Notes under the pieces: generated by a model
What the model was told of the DNA's origin: nothing
Databases searched by the model: none
The model's input: only the letters and a program-made list of their open reading frames with translations
DNA from: an uncultured Acidimicrobiales bacterium
GTDB lineage: Bacteria; Actinomycetota; Acidimicrobiia; Acidimicrobiales; Aldehydirespiratoraceae
DNA: 64,000 nt
NCBI GenBank assembly: GCA_964533595.1
Contig: CAZHMP010000002.1
Location: 5,000-68,999, forward strand
Direction: 5' to 3'
Part shown: one piece after another, positions 18,231-27,646 of the stretch
Numbering within the stretch: position 1 is the stretch's first letter
Layout of the letters: each line of letters opens with the position of its first letter
Program-made: the position numbers and the translations under genes

Positions 18231-19375
18231 GATTCTCCACTCTCGGGCGAGATTGGGCGGGATGCATTGGCGATTACCAGATCCACGACGGCCACAGCAG
18301 CATCTCGCCGGGCAAAATTCCTGGCGGCGAGCGACATGGATTCAAGGCCATCACTGTCGGACAGAAGGGATTCGACCTCCGAAGTGAGTCGTCGGCCATC
18401 CAGTTCGGAGTCGGCCACGATTGTTGCCGCGCCGTTCGCGGCCAATGCGCGGGCGTTGGCTGTTTGATGATCGCCGGGCGCTCCCGGAAGCGGAACCAGA
18501 ATCGAAGGGACCCCCGCGACGGCCACTTCAGCCACAGAGCTGGCCCCGGATCGGCACAACACGAGGTCGGCAGCGGCGTACACCCCAGGCATGTTGTCTT
18601 CGTATCGAACGAGACGGAATTCGAGGTCGTCTTGAACGGACACCGGCCTACGCGAATCGAGGTCATCGAAGTCACGGTCACCAGCGACGTGACGAATCGA
18701 CAAATCGCCGCGGCCGGCCCATCCCGGTGCAGCCGCGAAGAGGGCCTCGTTGATGCGTCTAGCCCCGAGCGAGCCTCCGAACACCACCAATAGTTTGCGA
18801 CCTTGGGAAACACCAAGCAGCTCCCGGGCGGCGTCACGCTGGGTGCGCCGGTCGACCTCCAGCACCTCGGCTCGTACGGGATTTCCGGTGAGAGTGGCAC
18901 GCGGAAGATCCGTGTCGGGGAACGAGACGGCACAGGCCCTCGCAAATCGCGATGCCAACCGGTTTGCTGCTCCCGGCACGGCGTTCTGTTCGGCCACAAC
19001 AAGGGGGATTCGCAGCAGGCCTGCAGCCAGCGCACACGGGACCGATGCGTAGCCGCCGAGACCTATCACCACGTCCGGCCGCAATCGTCGCAGCAGCCGG
19101 ATCGAGGTCAACAAAGCCGACATGATCCCGACAACGGCCCGCACGTTTTGCAGTGTGAGCCTTCTCTGGATTCCGCGACCCGGTAGAACGGTCAGGGGAA
19201 ATCCGGCATCAGGCACCAGCCGCTTCTCGATACCCCGAGCGCTGCCAACATAGTGCACGCCGGATCGAGGGACTCCGCGACGAACGATCTCCTCAGCAAT
19301 CGCCAGTCCCGGAACGACATGGCCCGCGGTGCCGCCACCGGCGATCACCGCCCAGGTGGGGGTCGAGGCGGTCAA
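18227..19375 (-). CDS. murG: Lipid II GlcNAc transferase MurG
   Basis: WAVIAGGGTAGHVVPGLAIAEE near the N-terminus and a GT28 C-terminal domain (GASSVAEVAVAGVPSILVP). The ORF-track 5' extension overlaps ftsW. I chose the TTG at 19375 (TTGA overlap with the ftsW stop); a GTG at 19348 is possible. Confidence 0.9.
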   Translation of the reverse strand: MTASTPTWAVIAGGGTAGHVVPGLAIAEEIVRRGVPRSGVHYVGSARGIEKRLVPDAGFPLTVLPGRGIQRRLTLQNVRAVVGIMSALLTSIRLLRRLRPDVVIGLGGYASVPCALAAGLLRIPLVVAEQNAVPGAANRLASRFARACAVSFPDTDLPRATLTGNPVRAEVLEVDRRTQRDAARELLGVSQGRKLLVVFGGSLGARRINEALFAAAPGWAGRGDLSIRHVAGDRDFDDLDSRRPVSVQDDLEFRLVRYEDNMPGVYAAADLVLCRSGASSVAEVAVAGVPSILVPLPGAPGDHQTANARALAANGAATIVADSELDGRRLTSEVESLLSDSDGLESMSLAARNFARRDAAVAVVDLVIANASRPISPESGES

Positions 19376-20574
19376 TGTCCCTGCCTCGCAACGTTTAGCA
19401 GCACGCCCATGGCCGCCATCGACATCACGATCGATGACCCGCCGAACGACATGAACGGCAACGTGACACCGGTTACCGGCAATACGGCCATCACCGCCCC
19501 GATGTTGAGAACGGCCTGGAAGACAATCCAAGAGGTGATTCCGACGGCAAGCAGCATCCCGAAACGATCGGGAGCCCTCAAGGCAGCCATGAACCCCGCC
19601 ACGCCGATGAGGGCGAAAAATCCGATGACGAACGTGGCGCCGATGAGCCCAAGCTCCTCGGCGAGAATCGCGAAGATGAAATCGGTGTGGGCATACGGCA
19701 AGAATCCCCACTTGGCCCTGCTGGCACCCAGACCCACCCCATCCAATCCGCCGGAGGTGATGGCGTGCAAAGACTGAAGCGGCTGATATCCCGCCCCATC
19801 GGGGTCGGTGCCCGGGTGGAGAAACACAAGCAGACGTGCACTTCGCCACGGAGAAGCTTTGATCCCGACCATTCCGATCGCGGCGACCGCCGCACCGAGT
19901 CCGACCATGTGTCGAATCGAAGCTCCGGCCATGAACAGCATCGACGCCGCGATGGCCAACACGATCAGAGTCACTCCAAGATGCGGTTCGATCATCAACA
20001 AGATGACCATGGCGATGGTGACCGAGATGACCGGCCTCAGAGTCGATTTCGAATTGTTCATTGACCGGGTCGGCCTCGACAGGATTTCGGCCACGAAGAA
20101 AATCAATCCGAGCTTGGCAAATTCAGACGGCTGGAAGCTCACCGGACCGAAGTCGATCCATCGCCTGGCGCCGTTGATCTTGGTGCCGATGCCGGGCAAG
20201 AGCACGACTGTCAACAGAATCAAACTCACGACGACCGCCAGTCGGGCCAACGGTCGCCAGAACCTGTAGTCGATTCTCATCACCACGAGCATCACGATCA
20301 TTCCGAGACTGGTCCAGATGATCTGGCGGCGGAACAGACTCCACGCGCTGTTCGTGTCGTTGATGCTGGTGGCCGCCGACGCCGACAACACCATGATGAC
20401 ACCGAGGGTGACAAGGGCGGTCGTGGCAAAGAACAAGACGAGAAAGACGTTGGTGCGTCTGCCCACCGGACGACGCGGTCCACGCCCGTCGGGCGCGACC
20501 CTGGCGGTGGGGTGACGAACACGAGCCGAAGTCCGTTGTGTCCGGCGCGAGGTCCGACGCTGGGTTGCCGTCAT
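19372..20574 (-). CDS. ftsW: SEDS-family peptidoglycan glycosyltransferase FtsW
   Basis: About 10 TM segments, with PSEFAKL and QPLQSLHAITSGGLDGVGLGAS motifs. The ATG at 20574 forms an ATGA overlap with the murD stop; an alternative GTG lies at 20589. Confidence 0.92.
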   Translation of the reverse strand: MTATQRRTSRRTQRTSARVRHPTARVAPDGRGPRRPVGRRTNVFLVLFFATTALVTLGVIMVLSASAATSINDTNSAWSLFRRQIIWTSLGMIVMLVVMRIDYRFWRPLARLAVVVSLILLTVVLLPGIGTKINGARRWIDFGPVSFQPSEFAKLGLIFFVAEILSRPTRSMNNSKSTLRPVISVTIAMVILLMIEPHLGVTLIVLAIAASMLFMAGASIRHMVGLGAAVAAIGMVGIKASPWRSARLLVFLHPGTDPDGAGYQPLQSLHAITSGGLDGVGLGASRAKWGFLPYAHTDFIFAILAEELGLIGATFVIGFFALIGVAGFMAALRAPDRFGMLLAVGITSWIVFQAVLNIGAVMAVLPVTGVTLPFMSFGGSSIVMSMAAMGVLLNVARQGH

Positions 20575-21965
20575 CGGGCGATCCCGCACTCGTCGATGGC
20601 CTCACCGTCGCCGGCGGATGTCTGGTGAAGTCGCCGAACCGATCGAGAGAAGTCATCGCCCCTCTCGCCGTAGTTTTGGTAGCTGTCGAACGACGCACAT
20701 CCAGGCGATAGCAGCACCGGGACAGCGCCCTTGGCGAGACGGGCTGCCCTCTTGACCGCATCGTCCATGTCGGACGCGATCTCCACGTCACAATGGGGGC
20801 CGAAGATCTCACGGAGTTGTTCGGCGGATTCCCCGATGGCCACCAAGGCCGACACGTGGTCCTTCGCCTCCAGCATTGTTGAAAGATCAATTCCCTTGTT
20901 GCGCCCGCCGGCTATCAACACGGCCGAGTCGAATCCCAGCAGGGCCGAAACGGTGGCGTGAGGTGTAGTGGCCTTCGAGTCGTCATAGAAAACCGACCCA
21001 TCGATCGTGGCCACCTCCGCAACGCGATGAGCCAAGCCCTGGAAGTCGACGCAGGCTGCAGCAATTGCCTCGACGCTCGCACCGGCCGCAGACGAGGTTG
21101 CGGCCGCGGCCAGCGCGTCGATCACATCGTGAGGCAGATCCCGCCAAAGATCGGTGGACGCGACGAACGGACCTTGAGGTCCCCGCAAGTTTCCTTCGCT
21201 GTCGACACTCCAGTCGGCATCGGAATGTCCGAACGTCTGGATGCGTCCGGTATCAGGCAAATGGGCCATGACCGTGGCGTCGGCAACGTTGGCGATGGAG
21301 GTGGAGCTGTGGTCGGCCCGCGCCCAGATGTTGGCCTTTGCCGACTCATAGGCGTGGATGTCGGCGTGCACATCGAGGTGGTCTGGCGCAAAGTTGATCC
21401 AGGTCGCCACGCTGGGTTTGAACTCACTCAAATGTGCCAAGCGGAACGATGATGCTTCGACGACAAACACCCCCGCTTTGTCGTCTTCGATGGCCTCCAC
21501 CAACGGAACATCGGTGTTGCCGGCCGCCACGGCGTTGATACCCGTGCGCTGCAGACATTCGACGACCAACTCGACCACGGTGGTCTTCCCGTTGGTTCCG
21601 GTGATGGCAATCACCGGTCGTCGGTCCCAAACCGCGGCCAAATCCAATTCGCCCACAATTGGCTTGCCCATCTCACCGGCCATTCGAAACATGGCGTGGG
21701 ACTCCGGCAAGCCTGGGGCCGGGACGATTGCCTCGCAGTCTTCAATCAAATCGAAAAGCATGGATTCCGTCGGCGATTCGACAAGATCGAGACCCAGAGC
21801 GTCGATCGTGCCTCGAAGTTCGCTGCCGGCCGAGTCGTCGACCGCGATGACTTGGTGTCCCCTCCCCACAAGCGCTGCTGCCACCGAGCGGTTGGTGATT
21901 CCCATTCCGACCAGCAGCCACCGACTCGTTTGGTCGCGGAGCAGTTCCGGCACGGGCGAAGTCAC
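20571..21965 (-). CDS. murD: UDP-N-acetylmuramoylalanine--D-glutamate ligase MurD
   Basis: LLVGMGITNRS...AITGTNGKTTVVEL P-loop and Mur ligase middle and C-terminal domains. The GTG at 21965 forms a GTGA overlap with the mraY stop, and the ORF-track extension overlaps mraY. Confidence 0.92.
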   Translation of the reverse strand: MTSPVPELLRDQTSRWLLVGMGITNRSVAAALVGRGHQVIAVDDSAGSELRGTIDALGLDLVESPTESMLFDLIEDCEAIVPAPGLPESHAMFRMAGEMGKPIVGELDLAAVWDRRPVIAITGTNGKTTVVELVVECLQRTGINAVAAGNTDVPLVEAIEDDKAGVFVVEASSFRLAHLSEFKPSVATWINFAPDHLDVHADIHAYESAKANIWARADHSSTSIANVADATVMAHLPDTGRIQTFGHSDADWSVDSEGNLRGPQGPFVASTDLWRDLPHDVIDALAAAATSSAAGASVEAIAAACVDFQGLAHRVAEVATIDGSVFYDDSKATTPHATVSALLGFDSAVLIAGGRNKGIDLSTMLEAKDHVSALVAIGESAEQLREIFGPHCDVEIASDMDDAVKRAARLAKGAVPVLLSPGCASFDSYQNYGERGDDFSRSVRRLHQTSAGDGEAIDECGIAR

Positions 21966-22993
21966 GCGGTGATTCCACTCTTGATGGCGTCGGCATAGAA
22001 CAACCCGAGTCCGACGGCGGTACAAAGTCCGGATACGAGCCACAGGCGCACGATTACCGTTGTCTCGGGCCACCCCGCCAGTTCGAAGTGGTGGTGTACG
22101 GGTGCCATCTTGAACACGCGAGTTCCGAACCGTTTGAACCACAGCACCTGGATGATGACCGACAAGGTCTCCACCACGAATATTCCCGCGATGATCGGCA
22201 AGAGCAACTGAGTGCTGGTGGCGAGCGAGAGCGCCGCCAGGCCGCTGCCGATTGCCAGCGATCCGGTGTCTCCCATGAAAATTTGGGCGGGCGCGGCATT
22301 CCACCAGAGGAACCCGATGATCCCTCCGATCATTGCCGCGCTCACGACGGCCAGATCAAGCGCGTGGCTCACCGAATACACGTCCTGATGTCGGAATTGC
22401 CAAAACCCGATGAATGTGAACGCCGCAAACGCGAACGCTGCAGCCCCCGCCGCCAGACCGTCGAGGCCATCGGTGAGATTCACCGCGTTCGAGGTGCCGA
22501 CCAGCAAGAGCACAGCCCACAGCATCCAAACAACTCGGCCCAGATCCCATCCCGGGTTGTCGAAACGGGTGAACGAGATTGTCGTGTGAACGGACGTGTA
22601 CTGACTCATGAGGAATGCGAACCCCACGGCCACTATCAGCAAGCCGAGCATCTTCGCTCGTTTGTTCAGGCCGAGATTGTGGGACGCCACCACCTTGATC
22701 CAGTCGTCCATCAGGCCGACGGCTCCGCCACCGATGATCGCAAGCATCACGAAGATTCCGCTCCGTGTGTAAATGCCTCCGAAAACGTCGGAGACGACGT
22801 AACCGATGACTGCCCCGCCCACGATGGCGATACCTCCCATCGTGGGCGTCCCGGCCTTTGTCTGGTGGCCACTCGGGCCGTCATCGCGAATCGGCTGCCC
22901 AACATGTAGTCGGGTCAGCCAGACAATAAGCGCCTTGGCGCCGAACAACGATACGAGCATGGAGAGAGCTGCCGCCATCAAGAGCCGGGTCAC
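21962..22993 (-). CDS. mraY: Phospho-N-acetylmuramoyl-pentapeptide transferase MraY
   Basis: Polytopic membrane protein with KAGTPTMGG, NAVNLTDGLDGLAAG and MAPVHHHFE motifs. The GTG start forms a GTGA overlap with the murE stop. Confidence 0.95.
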   Translation of the reverse strand: MTRLLMAAALSMLVSLFGAKALIVWLTRLHVGQPIRDDGPSGHQTKAGTPTMGGIAIVGGAVIGYVVSDVFGGIYTRSGIFVMLAIIGGGAVGLMDDWIKVVASHNLGLNKRAKMLGLLIVAVGFAFLMSQYTSVHTTISFTRFDNPGWDLGRVVWMLWAVLLLVGTSNAVNLTDGLDGLAAGAAAFAFAAFTFIGFWQFRHQDVYSVSHALDLAVVSAAMIGGIIGFLWWNAAPAQIFMGDTGSLAIGSGLAALSLATSTQLLLPIIAGIFVVETLSVIIQVLWFKRFGTRVFKMAPVHHHFELAGWPETTVIVRLWLVSGLCTAVGLGLFYADAIKSGITA

Positions 22994-24399
22994 GATGCAA
23001 CTCCGCTGTGTCGAGCCAGCTCTTCACGCACCACTGAACGGTCATCGAATTCGATCACCTCGTCGCCGATCGTCTGAGTGGTCTCATGGCCCTTACCGGC
23101 TATCACGACAACGTCGCCGCTACGCGCACCCGCCAACGCGTGACGTATGGCGGCACGCCTGTCGGGTTCGACGAGTTCGGGCGGATTCTCCATTCCTGAC
23201 ACGATGGCGGAGATTATCGCCGCCGGATTCTCGCCTCGGGGATTGTCGCTGGTGACCACCACACGGTCCGCCCATCTTCGGGCGACATCTCCCATACGGG
23301 GTCGCTTCGAGCGGTCGCGGTCGCCGCCCGCGCCGAAAACGACAACCAGTTTGGCATCGGTGACGCTCCGGGCGGTTTCGAGAACTGCCGCCAAGCCGTC
23401 CGGCGTGTGGGCGTAATCGACGATCACGGTGAAATCCTGACCTTCATCAATGCTTTCGAAGCGCCCTGGCACCGGAGCGCTCTCGGACAAAGCTTGGGCG
23501 ATGGCAGATTCCTCGTGGCCGAGGGCGAGGGCCGACTCGGCGGCAATCGCGGCGTTGGCAACGTTGAACGCTCCGCCCAGTGGCAGGTCGACAACGACGC
23601 CTCGCCACCGAAAAGTCGTGGAGACAGGTGTCGACTCGATCGTCTCGATGCTGCTCCGATCGATGACCACGGTGGGAAGTTCGCAACGACGAACCATTTC
23701 CTCGCCTGCTTGGGTTCTGCCATCAATCACCGCAAGTTCGGCCATCTCCGGCGTGAACAGTTTGGCTTTGGCGTCGAAGTACGCCTCGTATGTGAGGTGG
23801 TGGTCGAGGTGATCCGCGCCGAGATTGGTGAACGCCACCACCCGAAATCGAGTGCCGTCGACCCGGTGCAGATCGAGGGCATGTGAGGAGACTTCCATGG
23901 CTACTGCCGAATCTCCAGCGGCCAGCGCCGCGGCCAATTCACGCTGCAGTTCAGGACCTTCGGGAGTGGTTCTGGAGCCGGTAAGTGTGCCGATTTCGTG
24001 AACCGGACTTCCCAGACTGCGCAAGACTCCGGCGAGTAATCGAACGGTGGTCGTTTTCCCATTTGTGCCGGTGATGCCGATCACGTCGAGCCGCTTGCTG
24101 GGATGACCGTGGACCACCGCGGCAGCCGGACCGACGGCCTCACGCACAGATTCAACAATCACTTCGGGCACTCCCAACGACAGCGGTCGCTCCGTGAGTA
24201 GCGCCACGGCGCCGGCATTGATTGCCGACTCGGCATGAAGGTGGCCGTCGGTGACCGCACCGGGTATGCAGGCAAACAAAGTTGTGGGTGACACGCGCCT
24301 TGAGTCGTGTTCGACGTCGGTGACGGTCGAGACCGATCCCTTGGCATCGATGACCATCGCGCCCAGAGCGTTCTTGATCTCCCGAAGCGACGCAGTCAC
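22990..24399 (-). CDS. murE: UDP-MurNAc-L-Ala-D-Glu--2,6-diaminopimelate ligase MurE
   Basis: DSRRVSPTTLFACIPGAVTDGH, the GITGTNGKTTT P-loop, and the DNPR motif (VVVTSDNPRGE) associated with meso-DAP specificity. The GTG start overlaps the ftsI stop. Confidence 0.9.
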   Translation of the reverse strand: MTASLREIKNALGAMVIDAKGSVSTVTDVEHDSRRVSPTTLFACIPGAVTDGHLHAESAINAGAVALLTERPLSLGVPEVIVESVREAVGPAAAVVHGHPSKRLDVIGITGTNGKTTTVRLLAGVLRSLGSPVHEIGTLTGSRTTPEGPELQRELAAALAAGDSAVAMEVSSHALDLHRVDGTRFRVVAFTNLGADHLDHHLTYEAYFDAKAKLFTPEMAELAVIDGRTQAGEEMVRRCELPTVVIDRSSIETIESTPVSTTFRWRGVVVDLPLGGAFNVANAAIAAESALALGHEESAIAQALSESAPVPGRFESIDEGQDFTVIVDYAHTPDGLAAVLETARSVTDAKLVVVFGAGGDRDRSKRPRMGDVARRWADRVVVTSDNPRGENPAAIISAIVSGMENPPELVEPDRRAAIRHALAGARSGDVVVIAGKGHETTQTIGDEVIEFDDRSVVREELARHSGVAS

Positions 24400-26216
24400 G
24401 GCGTGACTTCTGTTGCAGAAAGAACTATCGGCTGTGTTGCCGGCTCAGACCTGACCCGATTCTGGGCCGCACCCACCTCCCCCATTGGAGCGATCCTCAG
24501 TTGCCGCAGCGCGTATGAAACCACTTCGCTGAAAACAGGCGCCGAAACGGAGCCTCCGGCGTACGCACCAAGTTCGCGCTGGGGATCGTCGATAACGACC
24601 ACCGCCGAAAGAGCCGGGCCGTCGTCATTGCTCACGATTCCGGCGAATGTGGCGACGTAGTGCCTACCGCCTCCGTCACACAGGTATCCGAGTCCGGGTG
24701 TGCACGGCTCCCACGCCGTCCCCGTCTTCCCGGCAACTCGGTAGCCGGGAATCGCCGCGCGGGTGCCCGTGCCATCGACGACCACCTGTTCCATCATCGA
24801 CAGAACGGCATTCGCGGTCGTTTCCGAGACCACCTGCTTTCCTGCGGCGGTGTCGACATCGTCGATGACCACGACGGGATCCGGCTTGAACCCCTCGTTG
24901 GCAAACGAGTTGTAGGCGCTGATCAACTGCAACGGTGACATCGAAATGCCTTGCCCGATGGACACGTTGGACAGAGCGAGGGAGTTGATATCCAAGTCAT
25001 TGAGGATTCCGCTTGCCTCGCCCTTGAAACCGAGTGCGGTTGGCCTACCGAATCCCATGTCAACAAGTGTGCTGTGCAATGTGTCGGTACCCACCTGCTC
25101 CCCGACGAGAATCGCCCCGATGTTCGACGACTTGGAGATGATGTCGGTGAGCGACATCATCTCCGGCTCGTGGAACCAGTGGTCCTGAAACTGCTTCCCA
25201 GCGGCCCCGTCGGCACGAACGATTGAATACGGGACCTCAATCAACTCCGAGGCCAGCGACGGGTTGGCCTCGATAAGGCTTGCCACGGTGATCGGCTTCA
25301 TGACCGATCCGGGCTCGTAGGACCAGATGGCGGCCAAGTTCGTGGTCGTGCACTCGACCACGTCGGTCGTCGAGTCACGCCTCGCGTTGGCCATCGCAAT
25401 GATCTCACCGGTGGTCGGATCGCTGATGATGATGACTCCGAGGTTGCCGGACACCTGTTCGACCGCATCAACCAGAAGCTTCTCAGCTTGAAATTGGATA
25501 TTTCGGTCAACGGTCAGCGTGATGGTTTCTCCGGGTTGAGCGGCGTCGACCACCTGCGTGCCACCGGGAATCGTGTTTCGGCCGTTCGCACTCGCCTCGC
25601 TGAACACCTGGCCATTGACCCCAGTCAGTTGCTCATCGAATTGCTCCTCGAGCCCGCTGATTCCCTTGTGGTCAATATCGACTCTTCCCACCACACCAAT
25701 ACCCGAGCAGTCCCCGTTGGGATGCTCCCGACGTGGCTCGTCGATGGTTGAGATCCCCGGAATTCGGAGAGCATCAATACTGCGGCCAACATCGCTGTCA
25801 ACTTGACGCTCCAGGTAGGCGAAGTAGCCATCACCATCCAGGCGACGGGCGAGAACGCTCGAATCGGTCGACAAGACCTCACTCAGGATCGAGACCGTGC
25901 TCGGGACACTCGCCGACGAAAAGAGTCTCGGTTCGGCGATAACCGTCGGGGCCGGCAGCGAGAGCGCCATGGGACGACCATGCCTGTCGAGAATCTCTCC
26001 TCGTGGGGCAGCGATCGGCCGCTCCACAATCCGCGTCCCCATTCCCGACGCGAAAGCGGGATCCGGCATTAGCTGCAAGTCGACCAGACGCCACATGAAT
26101 CCGGCCAGAACCAACGTCGCCAATACGCAGACGGTGACGATCCTTCCCCTACCCACGTGTGGCCGGACTGCTCTGACTTTGCGTTTGTTCTTCGATCCGC
26201 CCTTGGCGGATCTCAC
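24396..26216 (-). CDS. ftsI: Class B penicillin-binding protein / septal transpeptidase FtsI
   Basis: N-terminal TM, a PBP dimerisation domain, and the transpeptidase motifs SVMK, SSN and KTGT. The GTG at 26216 forms a GTGA overlap with the ftsL-like stop. Confidence 0.9.
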   Translation of the reverse strand: MRSAKGGSKNKRKVRAVRPHVGRGRIVTVCVLATLVLAGFMWRLVDLQLMPDPAFASGMGTRIVERPIAAPRGEILDRHGRPMALSLPAPTVIAEPRLFSSASVPSTVSILSEVLSTDSSVLARRLDGDGYFAYLERQVDSDVGRSIDALRIPGISTIDEPRREHPNGDCSGIGVVGRVDIDHKGISGLEEQFDEQLTGVNGQVFSEASANGRNTIPGGTQVVDAAQPGETITLTVDRNIQFQAEKLLVDAVEQVSGNLGVIIISDPTTGEIIAMANARRDSTTDVVECTTTNLAAIWSYEPGSVMKPITVASLIEANPSLASELIEVPYSIVRADGAAGKQFQDHWFHEPEMMSLTDIISKSSNIGAILVGEQVGTDTLHSTLVDMGFGRPTALGFKGEASGILNDLDINSLALSNVSIGQGISMSPLQLISAYNSFANEGFKPDPVVVIDDVDTAAGKQVVSETTANAVLSMMEQVVVDGTGTRAAIPGYRVAGKTGTAWEPCTPGLGYLCDGGGRHYVATFAGIVSNDDGPALSAVVVIDDPQRELGAYAGGSVSAPVFSEVVSYALRQLRIAPMGEVGAAQNRVRSEPATQPIVLSATEVTP

Positions 26217-26626
26217 CCGGTCACCCCGGCGAAAGGATCCGGGCGGGTCGGTGGCGTCAGCGCGCCGGGCGCGACGGGTGCGAGCATTTCGACATCGGTG
26301 GCCAGAGCGAGCCCAGCCCGCGCCGCAGCCTCTGCCAGGCCATCTGGCGAGTCGTGCCATGCCAGCGTGGCAAGCGCCTCATTTCGCTCAATCTCGAGCG
26401 TCGAAATCTGCGCATCGACCGAGTCGAGGGTCGCCTGCGTTTGAACCAGTACGGCGTGAAGCCCGGCGAGAAGCAACAGCACAACCAGGAGGATCGATAC
26501 GACGATCGTGCTGAATGTGCTCACCGCTCGCACGCCCTCGTTGACGCGTACGAGTCTGAGCTGGGCGCGCTCCCGTGGCGAAGCCGGAGCGGTGCGAGGC
26601 CGAATGGCTGGAGTGACCGCAGCCAC
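26213..26626 (-). CDS. ftsL: FtsL-like cell division membrane protein
   Basis: 137 aa with a basic N-terminus, one TM (IVVSILLVVLLLLAGL) and a short coiled coil. It is in the canonical position between rsmH and ftsI, and the call rests on position and topology only. Confidence 0.6.
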   Translation of the reverse strand: MAAVTPAIRPRTAPASPRERAQLRLVRVNEGVRAVSTFSTIVVSILLVVLLLLAGLHAVLVQTQATLDSVDAQISTLEIERNEALATLAWHDSPDGLAEAAARAGLALATDVEMLAPVAPGALTPPTRPDPFAGVTG

Positions 26627-27612
26627 TACGCCACCATTCCCAGCTTCTCGACGGCCCGAAACCGGGCCGACTCCGAACGACGGTTTCCGGCAACCTCATC
26701 CGCGGACGGCCTTCGGGCACCTTTCCAGAGAAGGCGAACCGTGGCTTCGGTGCCCGGGGGCGGAGGCAGATCCGGTCGCGGAGGTGCCACATCTCCGGTG
26801 GCACGACGAAACGTGTGTTTGACTATCCGGTCCTCGCCGGAGTGGTACGACAGAACGGCACACCGCCCTGATGGAGCCAGAAGCCGAAGCGCCTGATCCA
26901 GCGAATCCTCAAGGATCGAAAGTTCCTCATTCACTTCGATTCTGAGAGCCTGGAATGACCTGCGAGCGGGATGGCCGCCTCGACGTCGAACCGCAGCCGG
27001 GACTGCCTCGCGAACCACTTCTGCGAGCTTGGTTGTGGAGTCGAAAGGACGGGCCGCGATGATCGCGGCAGCGATGCGCCGGGCATGTGGCTCATCGCCA
27101 TGTCGGCGCAGTATGTCGACGAGGGAGCGTTCGTCGTAGCCGTTGACCACGTCGGCTGCAGTCTGGCCGGAGGTTCGGTCCATCCGCATGTCGAGGGGGC
27201 CGTCATTGCGGAAACTGAATCCGCGTTCGCCCAGGTCCAATTGGGGCGAGCTGACTCCGAGATCGAACAGGCAGCCCGAGACGTGCTGGTGACCAAGCGA
27301 ACGCACGATCTCACCTATGGAGTCGAAACGGCTGTGGTGCAGGCTCACCCGGTTTTGGTAAGGAGCAAGCCTCGATCGTGCCGCGTCGAGGGCGGCTTCG
27401 TCGCGATCCACTCCGATTATCGAAATGTTGCGGTTGGCCTCCAGCAGGGCCTGGGAGTGGCCTGCTCCGCCGAGTGTGGCGTCGACGACCACTCCACTCG
27501 GAACCTGCGACAGGACTTCAACGACCTCTTTCAGCATCACCGGATCATGGGCAAACCGCGTCACGGATCCTGATTCGCTTTCGGGTTGAGGGGAGTTGCC
27601 GATCGTTGGCAT
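26626..27612 (-). CDS. rsmH: 16S rRNA (cytosine1402-N4)-methyltransferase RsmH (MraW)
   Basis: HDPVMLKEVVEVL...VVDATLGGAGHS...DLGVSSPQLD...GFSFR...DMRMD motifs. I trimmed the start to the ATG at 27612 because the upstream 108 ORF codons are low-GC and not protein-like. Confidence 0.92.
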   Translation of the reverse strand: MPTIGNSPQPESESGSVTRFAHDPVMLKEVVEVLSQVPSGVVVDATLGGAGHSQALLEANRNISIIGVDRDEAALDAARSRLAPYQNRVSLHHSRFDSIGEIVRSLGHQHVSGCLFDLGVSSPQLDLGERGFSFRNDGPLDMRMDRTSGQTAADVVNGYDERSLVDILRRHGDEPHARRIAAAIIAARPFDSTTKLAEVVREAVPAAVRRRGGHPARRSFQALRIEVNEELSILEDSLDQALRLLAPSGRCAVLSYHSGEDRIVKHTFRRATGDVAPPRPDLPPPPGTEATVRLLWKGARRPSADEVAGNRRSESARFRAVEKLGMVA

Positions 27613-27646
27613 CGTTGAACCACTGTGAGAATTTGCGAGTCTCCGG

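Noticed and set aside
16983-18467. 494-aa plus-strand ORF, one of the longest in the track
   Set aside because: It is entirely antisense to murC and the murG 3' end. The product is Arg/Gly/Ser/Pro-rich with no motifs. Long stop-free antisense frames are expected in GC-rich coding DNA.
19376-19849. 5' extension of the murG ORF (the track gives 540 aa). Similar extensions occur for murD (21966-22304), ftsI (26217-26360), rsmH (27613-27936), ftsZ (14955-15080), murB (16849-16926), dinB, ppm1 and the zinc-ribbon gene.
   Set aside because: The extensions mostly overlap the upstream gene in another frame or an intergenic spacer, are Arg/His/Gly-rich, and lack homology to the respective families. 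For murG, murD, ftsI, murB and dinB an internal start codon sits exactly on the upstream stop; the others were trimmed on RBS or composition.
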